Assembly (NCBI GenBank): GCA_964304625.1
Contig: OZ199840.1
Span: 1,522,917-1,586,916 of the forward strand
Direction of reading: 5' to 3'
Length of the DNA stretch: 64,000 bases
From: Kudoa neothunni
Taxonomy: Eukaryota; Animalia; Cnidaria
Each line of letters starts with the position of its first letter. Within the stretch, counting starts at the first letter, position 1. Below are positions 1 to 12,595 of this stretch, piece by piece. The notes beneath the pieces were generated by a model, which was not told where the DNA came from, made no database searches, and saw only the letters and a program-made list of their open reading frames with translations. The translations under genes were made by a program, and so were the position numbers.

Positions 1-723
1 CTCCATAGATTCAAACACAAGAGGAATTTTTAACTCCTTCCATGAATGTGTCAACAAATGTTTTCGTATTTATATTAATTATGATAAATAGTTAAACAAT
101 TTTTAGCATATGACTACAATTCATCTGATTCAAAAGCAAACCAATATAACAAGAAAGTCCGTGCATGTAGCGATCCTCCCTTTCAGTATGCTATACCTGA
201 CGATAAGGGAGATAAGAGTATTGTCTACAGATATTATTATGATTCCAATGCTAAATTATGCAAACGTATGGAAACATGGCCACATGAAAATACTTCCACT
301 GAGTTTGACACAACTAAAAATAACTTCCCAACGATGGAAATGTGTCACAGTTATTGCGGCGCGGGTACTATTTTTGTTATTATTTTTATTAAATTACCTA
401 CAATTAAGGCTTAATAATAGCAATTAATCCATGTAATTAAATTATGTAAACTAAATTTAGAAAACTATAAAAAGCAAATTGTAATTGAAGAAACGTGTAC
501 CAAAGATAAAGAGGGAGAATGGGTGTCAGAAGACTCAGGAAAATTTAAAGTTGAGAGATTCTATTACAATTATAAGGAGCACAAATGCATACCTTTTAAT
601 TACAAGGGGTATGATGGAAATTCAAATAACTTTAGAACATCACAGCAATGTCAAGCAATTTGTTATGGTCATTATGACGATGGTAAACATATTACGATTG
701 AACCTGCCACCCCCACTGTATAA
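1..723 (+). CDS. Penta-Kunitz secreted protein, subfamily A; 3' part only (end of domain 3, domains 4-5)
   Basis: GT-AG introns at 66-106 and 365-460, both phase 1. Spliced translation: SIDSNTRGIFNSFHECVNKCF / ..ACSDPP..YRYYYDSNAKLCKRM..NNFPTMEMCHSYCGA / ..ETCTKDKEGEW..RFYYNYKEHKCIPFNYKGYDGNSNNFRTSQQCQAIC..TV*. Colinear with the gene at 12596-14058. Confidence 0.88.
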
Positions 724-916
724 GATCCGTATAATACAGGACATCTAATACAAGAAATTTAGCTATAACATTGCGGTTTATAAATATTTTGTTACTTCAT
801 AAAGTTGTTCAAAATATTTCATTTAAACTTTTTGGTTTTATTTAAAAATTATAGAAAAGCAAAGTATGTAAATTATTGATGTATTATGTATTAAAGCAAA
901 ATATTTAAATGAATTA

Positions 917-3900
917 CAGCGCAACAGTACTCGTACATAACAGATATCGTATATAATCGCCATTTTTTACACAAAACTAAATTTGAATCTTCTAATTCTT
1001 CTTATAATAAAGATGATACTATTAACTATGAGATAAATAAAAATACAAAAAAATTGACCACCGCAAAAAAAGAAATAAATCAAAAACATAGCTCGTACGT
1101 AATACAGCGATTCTACGTAATGGAAATTGTATCTGAAAGTACACTTTACACTCTTTGTGCATAATTGTGGAAATAATAAAATCTATCTAATCGCGAAATT
1201 ACACAAGCTTTTCTGAGATATATAAAATAATTCAACGTTACGATTCAGTACACGAATTGAGAAATTTAAAAAAATGACTATTGGTAAGTATGACCTGAAA
1301 AGAATGTTAACGTTGAATGGGATTCTAATGAGAGATGTAATTTTTAAATCAGGAGGTTTAGTATTTTTGAAAAATTGTCGAAAAACTTTAAACAAGACCT
1401 TAATCGCGATGTTGAAAACAAAATCTATAAATTGATATTTTAAGTAAGAGTGAATGATGTTTTATATACAATTATATCAGAAAAAAATTTACGTTTAATA
1501 TTGATTAAGTTGCGTTTAAAAAGGACAGTTAACTATATATTAATTTTTAAAAGATTATTAAAAATCGAGAAACGTGTTAACAGCACAAAAAAATTTTCTA
1601 ACGATCTCTGAGATACTCCCCTTGTTGTTATCGGTAGAATAAGGCAGTTTCGTCTACACTGTAAATAAAATTTTCAGAATATCTTTTAAAAAATGTTCTG
1701 ATTTGGTTGGTCTACTCTGGAGTAGTTTCGGATGTAATATCAGCAGATTGGCTAATAAAATTTGATTTTCTAATGTTGGACCCCTTTTTGTCCTTCCTGT
1801 ATTAAGCTCCGAAACAAAACGCGTGTGTTTGACTGGGGTATTTCTTGACTTCAGACGAAATATGCTTTAAACTTATTCTAGTTGTCTCAATTTTATGTAT
1901 TGTAAACAATACACATAGCTTAACAATTCTATAGCAGATATACAGCGGATTGCTATATCTAGAGTTATTTACATGAATTTAATTATCAGCATCATTATTT
2001 GTATAAGGTTAAACTAAAAGCGCAAACGTATATTTTACACTCCATAAACAATCGAAAATGTTGAATTTCATCATCAAATAGGATGAATGAACATTTACGC
2101 AGTAAACTCCAGATACATCCTTGAGTGTGTAGACATTTTCTCAGTAATAGTCAATGATATAATAAAATTTAGGATTAGTGTTATAATCAAGTGAATCGAT
2201 ATTCTATGAAACGAAAAAGAATATAATATTTCATTATCGTATTTATTTTCAGATAGACGTAATGAATGGTCGCGGCAGGGGCTCAGACCTGCGAGCCACA
2301 GCTTAAAAGGCGGTGGCACCATACCGCTGTGTTGTTGATTGCGCATTAGTTGACTTTGGTTGCAATTCTTAGACCGCCGATTGAAGAGTTATTTAAACCT
2401 TTAAATTGTGGTGAGAACTCATATTAAACCCCCAGAAAAACAACAAATTAATAAAAAATTTTGTTACTCCAACGTGCGAAAGCGAAAGCTAAAACAAAAA
2501 CAAATGGAATAATTAATTTGATTAATTATCGTTAAACTATTGTTGATTAAATTCAAAAATAAAAATTTCTTTTCACGGTTCACGCTTTTGTTTGGATTAA
2601 TAATTTTGATTTTTATGAGAGAAAATCATATTTATGATACATATATGAGATTTAGAGAATAATACAATAAATATTCAATGGAATTTTAAAAACTATGTCT
2701 TATTTTATACATAAATCTTTAGCCGATAACTTACAAATTTTATTTTCAGATAGACACGCATTTATTATAGGAACTTGAGAATTTTCAAAATAAATAACCA
2801 AAAATATATCAATGTAGAAACAAAATAGTCAATTTTGGGTCTTGAAATACCCCAATCAGTACCGGCAGGATTAAAACAACGAAACCCTCAACGAATTGCA
2901 TGTGAAGATAAACCTTTTCCTTTGGCTAATTGATTTCTCTTGATGATTATCGTAACGACACTTACTACAATCTTTTTGCTTTGTGTCCACCCAATCCACT
3001 CATATACATCATCAACAGAATTAGATTGTCCTGCATGCAAATAATTTCTATTTTTAAATTTTAAAAACATTTATAGATTTTGATTATTTTATTTTTCGTC
3101 TTTAGGGTGTCATTGGGAGTCGAGATAATAGATATTTTAAAACGTGATATAATGACAATTTTTGGGTCATTAAATTGGAAACTTTCATAATAAAAAGTAA
3201 TATTATGCTTTTCGACAATAGGTATAGTTGTTGTAGTTTTCTAGCATTAAATACCTACTTAACTAAATAATAAACTAGAAGTATCCGAAAAAAGTGCGTG
3301 AAATTGATTACTTACTGTATTACAATTGCTAGATGATTCACTCCAAAGGAATGTAATAATAATAGTGATCATTTTAACTGTAGAAATTTAAAGGGTTTAA
3401 AGACCAAGTCAAACTAAAATATGTTATATTTCATGTTGAGTCTGGAAGCTTTCCTGCTGAAACATTCTCAGAATGGAATGAGAAATTTCATGATGTTCTT
3501 GAAAAGTGGTCACCTGAGAATGTTTTAAACATTTGTTTAAAAATAATTAAAGATATGAAAAACGATTAAACAGATGATAACAACACAATTTATGACGATT
3601 AATCGTAAATTGTGAATCCATCTATTTCATTTAATCAAGCTCTCGAATATTAAGTATATTTATTTAAGCTATTAAAGCAAACAAATGCGACCTCAGGTGA
3701 AGGCATTTTTTGTGTCGTAAAGAAGGTTCAAAGTATTATAATCGATGAAAGCGACACCAAAAATTTAGTTTTTTTTAAATATTTATATATTGGATAACGT
3801 GAATTCGTAGTGAGATAATAGAGTCGAACAAATGAGAAACAATAAAAATACATTTTATTGCATAAGAATGTTTGTTACCATTTATTTGTATTGTTTGTAA

Positions 3901-4189
3901 TTTAATGATTTCTCTTTTTTTCATATCATAATTTTTTTAGAATTTGTTTAGATCATGAATAAACCATCTATTCACTCAATTTATTTCACTTTAAAATTAT
4001 TCTCTCAATACAAAAATAGACGAAATAATGTCAAAATTTATTTTATTTCAGTTAAATAAGCATAAAGCAATGATTAAAGTAGAAGAAAAATCAATGCGCT
4101 CGCGCGAACAGGGGCTCGTACATTATGCAGCGATCCTACGTAATGAGGCTCCATTCCTCGACTGATTACGTACGAGCCCTGTTGAACTG
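917..4189 (+). mobile_element. Decayed pogo/Tigger-like DNA transposon with nested material
   Basis: Imperfect TIRs (CAGCGCAACAGTACTCGTACATAA vs reverse complement CAGTTCAACAGGGCTCGTACGTAA) flanked by TA. A subterminal repeat occurs at about 1091 and 4114. Bases 3429-3530 translate FHVESGSFPAETFSEWNEKFHDVLEKWSPENVLN, resembling the Tigger HGESG..W..PENIFN segment. Confidence 0.6.
2267..2340 (-). pseudogene. tRNA-like relic (tRNA-Lys UUU-like pseudogene or tRNA-derived repeat)
   Basis: 74-nt GC-rich island. The minus strand shows an anticodon loop CTTTTAA in an imperfect stem, a T-arm GCAGG-TCTGAGCC-CCTGC and a 3' end CGCGACCA. The 5' acceptor strand does not pair and the T loop is non-canonical. 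Confidence 0.4.
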
Positions 4190-5829
4190 TATTTAATTAA
4201 TAACTGAAATATAGAATGATTTTTTGAAAATATATAATTTTTCGGTTAAAGTACGGGATAAGGACACTTTTCGGAATCTGTCACGATGCATCGGATCTAA
4301 AATATAACGTACAAAATAAGACAATGTAAATGGACTTCATTAATTATTCTGAAGAGAATTGATAAAATATTTTAAGAGGATATTTGTTTGAAATAATAAT
4401 TTATAAAATTAGAGAGAAACAATTCCTATTTTGTATTGGTGATGCATCTGAATTTGCGTTTGATTAAATCTTAAATGACCTCCATTCGATGTATAGGAAC
4501 ACATTTGACAGTGTAAAACTTAATACTATGTTCCATGCTGTCTTTAAACTAAAATAAGTCGGTTAAATTATGATAAGACGGTTATTTGTCCATCCACAGA
4601 GTTAATCTCTATTACAATTTTGAGTTATTATTTCTTCAAGAATGGCTTGGATGAGTTTCTCAGCAATGGCATGGAAAAAATTATCACTAGAATTAATCCC
4701 GCCCATGATCCAAATACAGTAGGTGACGACTCGTGCGCACTACCACGATTTAATGATTTACACAGTTTTGTTACCAATTAAAATAAATCGAATAAAATCA
4801 TAACAATTATAATGAATTATTAAAACCTTAGTTTTTGTTTTAGTTAGCTGCAAATAAGAATTAGCTCAAATTTACGACTCCAGAGCACTTGACATGTCGT
4901 GGGTATTTGAAGAGAACCAAATAGTTTCGTTCTTTTAAAGATAAAGTGGATATAATGCCATATTATGAAAGAATATCGAATGGGGAAAACAGAATAACTA
5001 AAATTCTCAATTATTTCAACTTATAATCTCTATTCTCTTTAAATAAGATTTTGAGTAATAAAGAATCCATTATGAAATCTCATAATGGAATATAAATTAC
5101 AAATAACCACCAAACATTCAAAAAAAGTAACTATTTATATGAATGACGCTCTAAGTTATTTGAGAAAAATGTACAAATTTCTCAGAAAACGAAAAAATCA
5201 AATGTTATCTAAGGTCATAGATCTAGAAACGACGATTCACAATTCAAGAGAGTCAGGGCTTTACCAATAAAATATTAATAACTTTTTCAAACGAAAATTC
5301 AACTAATAAATATCATAAAAGTTTTTAGTTAAATTTTATTGAGTATATTAAATTTATCTTGATTACAGAAAATAAGTTATTTGTTACGCAGCACTTCCTT
5401 AAGATGTAATAATTGATGAAGAAAGTTTTCTGCATATTTTTTATTTAAAATCGTCCAAAACTTATGATTAGAATAAAAAATAATTTTTATTGTGGTATAA
5501 TATGATGTGTGAATTGCATTTATTATTTCTTTTAAATTCTTGTCGACACAAATCATTTGTATTATCATCACATTGTCTAAATAGGTTGTTTCTATAAATT
5601 AAAGTCAGGGACCGACTAGATTAATCACATTACACCTCTAAATCATTGTTATAAGAAAATTTATTTTTATTAATATATTTAATAAAAATAAATACAAATA
5701 ATGATAATGATAAATAAGAGAGATTAAATTGTTAGAGGGGGTATTAAAATTCGACTTTGTTCCCATACGTCATGACGGGCCGTGGGCACCTTGGACCCAA
5801 TTCCCATTTTTTGCCCACCACCCGTCACA

Positions 5830-6200
5830 TACTGTATTCTGGTTTATGAGGACCCATCTGCGATGGTATTTTCGTTTACAAACTTGAGATTCGTTTATTT
5901 TCTCAATCACAGCAACACCATCAGTAGGAGACCCGTGAATAATGAAATATTCCATATAAATTTCTTGTGTGTAGTTTTCCAATCCACATATGATTTCTCG
6001 TGACGATATTTTTGTGTTTCATGTACATGCCATTACTTCCAAATACATCATGAAAAATATTTTTCATAATGACAATTTAGCATCATAAAAAAGGATCTTA
6101 CCTCAATTTAAGCCCGTTTTTTCATTGATAAGATCGAAACGTATGGCCGTCCAATGTGTAAAATTGTTTCAATGCCATAACTTGGCGACATTGGCCACAA
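5830..6200 (-). pseudogene. Merlin/IS1595 (ISXO2-like) transposase fragment
   Basis: EKSYVDWK..EIYMEYF..VIEKINESQVCKRKYHRRWVLINQ resembles the Merlin motif (T)IVDW..REIC..IVEIDESK..KRKYHRGR. Truncated, with stops; boundaries approximate. Confidence 0.55.
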
Positions 6201-9093
6201 TCCCTCGTTTTAGGAATCAACTCAACACGTTGTAAAATTCGATAAAATTTTCATTACAATTTTTAAACTTAAAAAAATCTTATAGAAGCCAATCGCCAGT
6301 AAATAAGGAAGTCAAATTCATATTTGCGGTCAATTCGCGAACATTTCGGACTAGCACCGAAATGTGTCATTATACCTTGTACGTTAGCCTTATTTTTCAA
6401 TTTTCGGAGCCAAATTAATATTCATAATAAAGAAAATATAACTGAAAGATGTATATTTAAATTACGCGATAAACCTTACATATCGATCCTTGCAAAAGAT
6501 TCATCAACATGAGAATCTCGTTCAAATTTTAAAAAATTATGAATTAAATATTGAAATGATAAATTTATAGAACAAAATCCCTTTTTCAAAATTTTTTTAA
6601 ATTAAAATCATAGCTGAGATCACTTCCCTTGAATATTTTGAAATTTATATTATTAATCTGGTAACGTGAATATTTGTCCAAAATTTATCGGTTAAAAACT
6701 TGATTAGTTAGTTATTCTTTATATAATACCAGTTAAAATTAATATAAATATTATTTAAAAAATAAAAATTTAAAATAAAATTATCATTATATTTTAGTAA
6801 CAAAAAAGTTCCCAATTTCTTTACCCTCTTGTGCCCAATTTTAAGTTGAATTATAAATGAACAAGAGAAAAATTGCATTTCCATTGCGCTCTATTTAGAA
6901 TTTCTCCAAAATAATTTTAAAATGTTATAGTATTTTTTATCTTTTTAATAAAATTAGAATACAGGTTCAAAAATTTGAAATGGCGCCATTTCAAACAACG
7001 CAATTTATTTGTATGCATAAACGTAATATATTTCATAAAAGAATTATATTAATATTTAAAATTATTCTCGTGTATCTGAAAAGTTTATTGTTAATTTAAA
7101 AAAGTTATACAGGACTTATTGCAGTGCATTATCTAATAAATCATTATTAATAATTATATAATATATCGACTTCATGCGAAAAATTTATATATTAAAATTC
7201 CATCTGTTGTATCTCTTTTTAAAAGTTTCAGTCTTAAATATAGTTCGATATGGATTAGTTAATAAAGGAGTCGTCATCCAAAATAGCGCGAATGCACAAT
7301 AATTGATCGATGTAAGCAGATTTATTATATTTAGCTATTGTTTAGAAATCAGGTTAAAATAAATGTATAATGCAATGTAGTGACACCGAGAATTTTTATA
7401 AATAGAGATGGTAGATAAAACTGGGTTTTTATTTGAGTTTCATTTTTTCCTGTAATTTGATCATTATGGCTTTAAATAAATTTTGTGAACATTTCCATTA
7501 GTTGAATCATTATAATTAACTATTACGTCGTAATATATCATCTTTGGGCCATTACAAATTTTTACATGAAAGGATTAAAAATATTAAAGAATTAACGCGA
7601 ATACCCAGCTTCGCCTGGCAGTAGGCAAAGAAATTTTTAAATTTTTAATTCTGTTTGTAAAGAAAAACCTTAATCTCATACATTTTTAATAGTAAGCTAA
7701 AAACAGAAAAATTTTATTTCTCCGTTTTGTGTGATCCGACTTCATGTTTTTTATTATTTTTTAATTTTATTAAATTACTTTAACCTATATATGCATAGAT
7801 TATCTGTTAAATATAGACGGAAGAATATGACTACGATTAATGATTGTTTGTTAGCGTATTTTGTGTATTACTGGCATCTACGACTCATTTGAAAAATTCT
7901 GAACACAAATAATTAAAAAAACACTAACTTAAGGTTTTATAACATTGTGTATTTTCGAAAAACTTTTCGAAACAAATCAATTATTTTTATTACAAAATCG
8001 AGGATTGGTCTGTATACTATAAGAGAGGAAATATACAAAAATGCGAATGACGTACTATAAAATAATAATGTCAACTATTTTTTCTTCCTTATGATTTTAT
8101 GAAGGATTTTAATCTGATTTTAAACAAACATCTGTCAACTGGAAATAATAGTTTGGCTATTATAACATGATCTTTCAGTTTTTAACTAAATCTCTCATTA
8201 CTTTTAAAAAAAATGAATATTGGTTCAACTAAAATTTATTAACAATGTATGATTAAGTCTAAAATGTAAAGATTTTTTTGAGTTGAAAAATTACAATGAT
8301 GTAAAAATGTCAATTAGTATTATTGAAGGAATGCTCCTTTGAAAATAAAATTACTATTAGTTAATATCGAAATAAATTTTGTATTTAACTATTTTTAGAT
8401 TAATAGAGACTTTGTAAGAATACCGTTTGGATTGAATAAATCAAGAATTTCAATTGACTAACATAGCACATAATGAGAGTGGACTGTATTGTTTCAAAAA
8501 TAATCGTGAATATAAATGCTTAAACTGCCTAAAATAGAGCATGAGGTATGATCTATTTTAATGTAGTTCTTACGTCATTATTATTTGTAATGGAAAGAAA
8601 ACTTAATATTGATTTGAATATTAACGTTATAATACGAAAGTAGGAAATAATCAGATTTATGTAAGCTTAAAAATTACTCAATAATTATCTCATTAAATAT
8701 AGAAAACTACTGAAGTCGTTACATTATTTATTTCGCGAGAAAGTTCAGATAAACGAAAAATCAGGATAGGCTTAACGGAAAACTATATATAGTGTCAATT
8801 TTAATCGATAGATTTGATAAAAATAAATTTACAGGTCTTTGGCATTGTAATAAAGTATAAGTTTCATTTTGGAAGCCATAACAAAAATTTAATAATACAA
8901 AAACTCAGCACACGTCTTACATTCTTTGTAAAATGCTTGTAAAGCCACACAGTAAAATATTTTGACATATTCTTCATTTCATCTTTAAATGGAATATTAT
9001 TTAAAAAAGAGGACATAGAGAACGTTATTAAGAGCGAAATCCCCCCAAAAGATTCAAATGATGAGATTGATCAGCAAGGTTTTTACTTGTTAA

Positions 9094-10609
9094 CTAGCGC
9101 GAATTGTCTAGCGTTGCATGGGGAAGATTTCGCGTAGATGCATTTCTTAATAATATTCAAAAAATATATTTAAGTTTCAAATTAACCCGTATATGAAAAA
9201 TAACTAAAAATTTGTAAGTGACATATTTTCAGCGAATTGGATTAGCGGAATTTAAATTACGATCATTTCTGTGAGGGAAAGTATCAGTCCTGGCGTTCAC
9301 TTAAAAATTTCATGGCCCGGCACTAACACTGAATAATTTATTGTCAGCGTCGTGTTTTTTTGCATTCTCGAATTATTTAAAGCCCCTTAAAATGTTACCC
9401 TAAACGTTATTTTTGACCAGCTCAGAAGGTTTGTGCACCAATGTTAACGGGAGACAAATAAACAGAAAAAGATATGAAGATAGAAGAAAATAGATAAAAA
9501 TTAATTTTTATTGCTCAAATTAACATCCTTTGTCATGACAAGAGCTTAACTCACTATTATCCATTAAAAACCACAAATCACTTCAAGTATGACATAAACA
9601 ATTTAAATAATTGGATAGAATAAAAGTACACCAATCTGCGTTTAATTTAATCACGGAAGTTAAACTTAGCGAACGATTTCAATGAAATCTACCGACGCAG
9701 TATTTCCATTATAATGCTTCAATCTATGTAATTTTACGTTCTCCACCAATTAGTTATCACGGAACATATATGGATTTTTTATCGTATCTAAACCATTAAT
9801 AGAACCTTCGAAAGGTGTTTATCAAGTCAAATATGTTAACTCCACAAATTAGGGGATGTATTTGCACCAACATCCAAATACAAACGCCAACCATATACAT
9901 AAAGATAGATGGCAACGCTTGATTGACATTTAATAGAACAGATAACAGTGTTTCCGAATCTTTTTTCTATTGCGCCTCACGTTTCTCAAATGTAATGATT
10001 TTTTAACTTAAACTGCTTATAATTTTGAACCAAGCTTCATGTCACATTAAAATTGGAAAATGACTTATATATATTTTTTTTCTTTTTCATTATAATTAGA
10101 ATTAAAATTTATTAGATCAGATCTAATTTAATTTGTAGATTGACTTTAAAAATTAACATTTTTACTTCTTCATTTGGCCAAAAATCGCGTTAAGTTAAAT
10201 TTGTGGTAATCGGTAATCCAACCCGCATCAGGCAAAACTTTTCTGTATTTGAGTTTTTAAACCGTAATTAAATGATTAATATTGAAAATTAATCAATATT
10301 GTTTTTGGATAATTCAAAAAAGAGGGGATCGCGGTGATAAATGCGATAACATTGGAATTATAACCATTCCGATTCTATTGAGCAAAAACCATGTTAAACG
10401 TTTTTATATTTTTTATATAAATTAATTAGTGCTTTTGTATTATTTTAAGATATTCATATCCACTTAAAAATAAACAAGATCTAAAATCGAAGTATTGATT
10501 TGAATGTGTAGCACAATACCCAATTATTTCATCATTATCCATGTCCCACCAAAAATTTTCAACGCCCCACCGATGTGAAACATTGCTTCAGCTTTATGTA
10601 TATAGTAGA
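9094..10609 (-). mobile_element. Non-autonomous Helitron-like element
   Basis: On the minus strand the 5' end reads A|TCTACTATATACATAAAGCTGAAG and the 3' end reads CCCCATGCAACGCTAGACAATTCGCGCTAG|T (degenerate hairpin, CTAG, A-T insertion site). Pairing of these two ends is inferred. Confidence 0.45.
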
Positions 10610-10762
10610 TGATTGATGATTACAAATTTATAAAAATAGTTTCAAGTCTTATAAATCTTTATCAAAGCAATATATGCAAAATTATCCTTTAAAAATATCA
10701 AATAATCCCTTTCTTAGTAAACGCCTATAATTTTTTTAAATTAACCTAAATAAATAGAAATA

Positions 10763-12384
10763 GGCAGTGGCTATTGGAACGGGAGGAATTTACTCCTAAA
10801 TTAACATGCTTATAAAAATTTCAACTTCATTTTCCTAATAAACGATTTTTCGCTAAATAATTTCTAATTTTTGGGGAAGGATAATATGGTGGAATTTTCA
10901 AGGTTATTACTGGGAAGTGAGCCATTACATAACGTCATTTTGATTTGATAGATCACAGAAATAATAACATAAACTTTCTGAAAAAATAAACCATTGTAAT
11001 TTCAAAAATTTACTGTATGTTGTAAGCTTACTGTAAAATGAATTACCAAGTGCAGGAGCAAGCGCTATTATGTAAGACTTAGTAAACTACTGGTATTGGT
11101 TACTCTGTTTGTTAATATCTCTCTGATTTTATATGTTCTATTATTGATGATTATAATCCTATTTATTAAATATTTTTTTCTAAAAGTTTAAAAGATGAAT
11201 AGTTTGTACTAATGTATAACTCTTTCTATTTAAAGAAATGTTTCACTTAATTTATAAAATCGATAATTTTTTATTTTGATTTAGACTGATTTATATTGAA
11301 CAATGGATCATGAAAATTGATTATCGGCTAAAAATATTGTAATTATTAAGAAAAATTAAAGATAATAATTTGGATGAAATTTTAAATTGATGTAATATCA
11401 ATTACTCAACTCTGTACATGTTTAGTACCTAATCATTTCGGCAAGACAAATGAAATTCAGTTAGGCAAAATATTCTCTAACAATAAGTCCGTAAGCGTAA
11501 TTACGTTAGTAAGTATTAGTTGTAAATGGAGATTTAGATTTATCAAACACAAACCCATTTTTATATAATTAAAATAGCATTATTGAACTCTCATCGGATA
11601 AACCACTAGCTCGGTCTAAAGACAAAAACAACCTATTTTTGGAAGAATAATTCCTAGCAAGCAAGAAAAACATTTGGAAATTTTAGGATATATATAAATT
11701 ATCGTGAGATAATTTATTATGATTTGGTGTTATCTTATCCATCTAAAATAAAGAGCGCTGATCGTCCCAGCGGGTCTACATCAACAGTTGTGGGTATTTC
11801 TATAAAGAGAAAAAAAATTATATGTGTGAAATAACGATCCTCGGTGGAAATAAAAATTCCCCAGTGCTATTAATAGTCAAATAAATTACAGAATAAAAAA
11901 AATAATGCATCGTTATATAGCGAAAAGATAGGTCATTTATTAAGTAGAATATTAGACTAGCAGAAATAAAAATATAACATTTTAGGGGTTATGTAAACAG
12001 TGCATCATTTATCTCCACAAGAGTTGTAGAGTTTCTTGAATCATTCGCGCCCACCTTAAATTTACATCAATAATTTTTGATATTTCACTTTGCATTATTC
12101 ATATTACTCAGAATTAGAACAAATATAATAATATTTATAAATTAAAAACTGCTAATGAAGGATTTAAAAATAATTTTTAACCATTGAATTCATTACCGGA
12201 AAACAAGAAAATGTGCCGCCATGGATTGCTTTTATAATAGTTCAACTTTTTGGCGAAAAAATTGTTTATTAGGAAAATGAAGTTGAAATTTTTATAAACA
12301 TGTTAGTTTAGGAGTAATTTCCTCTCGTTGCAATATACAGTCCGAGCATGTGGATTAAACGGATCCGTCGCAATAGCAACTGCC
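10763..12384. mobile_element. Non-autonomous MULE-like element with long TIRs
   Basis: About 90-bp inverted repeat (10770-10860 vs 12245-12335). Termini GGCAGTGGCTATTG / CAATAGCAACTGCC. Same family as 37631-39151; TSD is degenerate. Confidence 0.65.
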
Positions 12385-12595
12385 AAATAAATATAAATCT
12401 CAAAGCGGTTTTTAATTTATATTTATATTCTACATGATAGTAAGAACTGGTTAAGTTCAAATTCGGGAATATACTTAAAATAGCAAGAAAAAATATTTTA
12501 ATATTATCCAAAACAATTATAAACTTCAAATGTTTTCGAAGAAATATTATTTTTAATTCAATTATAGCTAAATCAGCCTTTATTAGTTATGGATT

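Noticed and set aside
9946-10584. hAT-like ends CAGTGTTTCC / GAAACATTG inside the Helitron-like element
   Set aside because: The match is short and no 8-bp TSD is visible.
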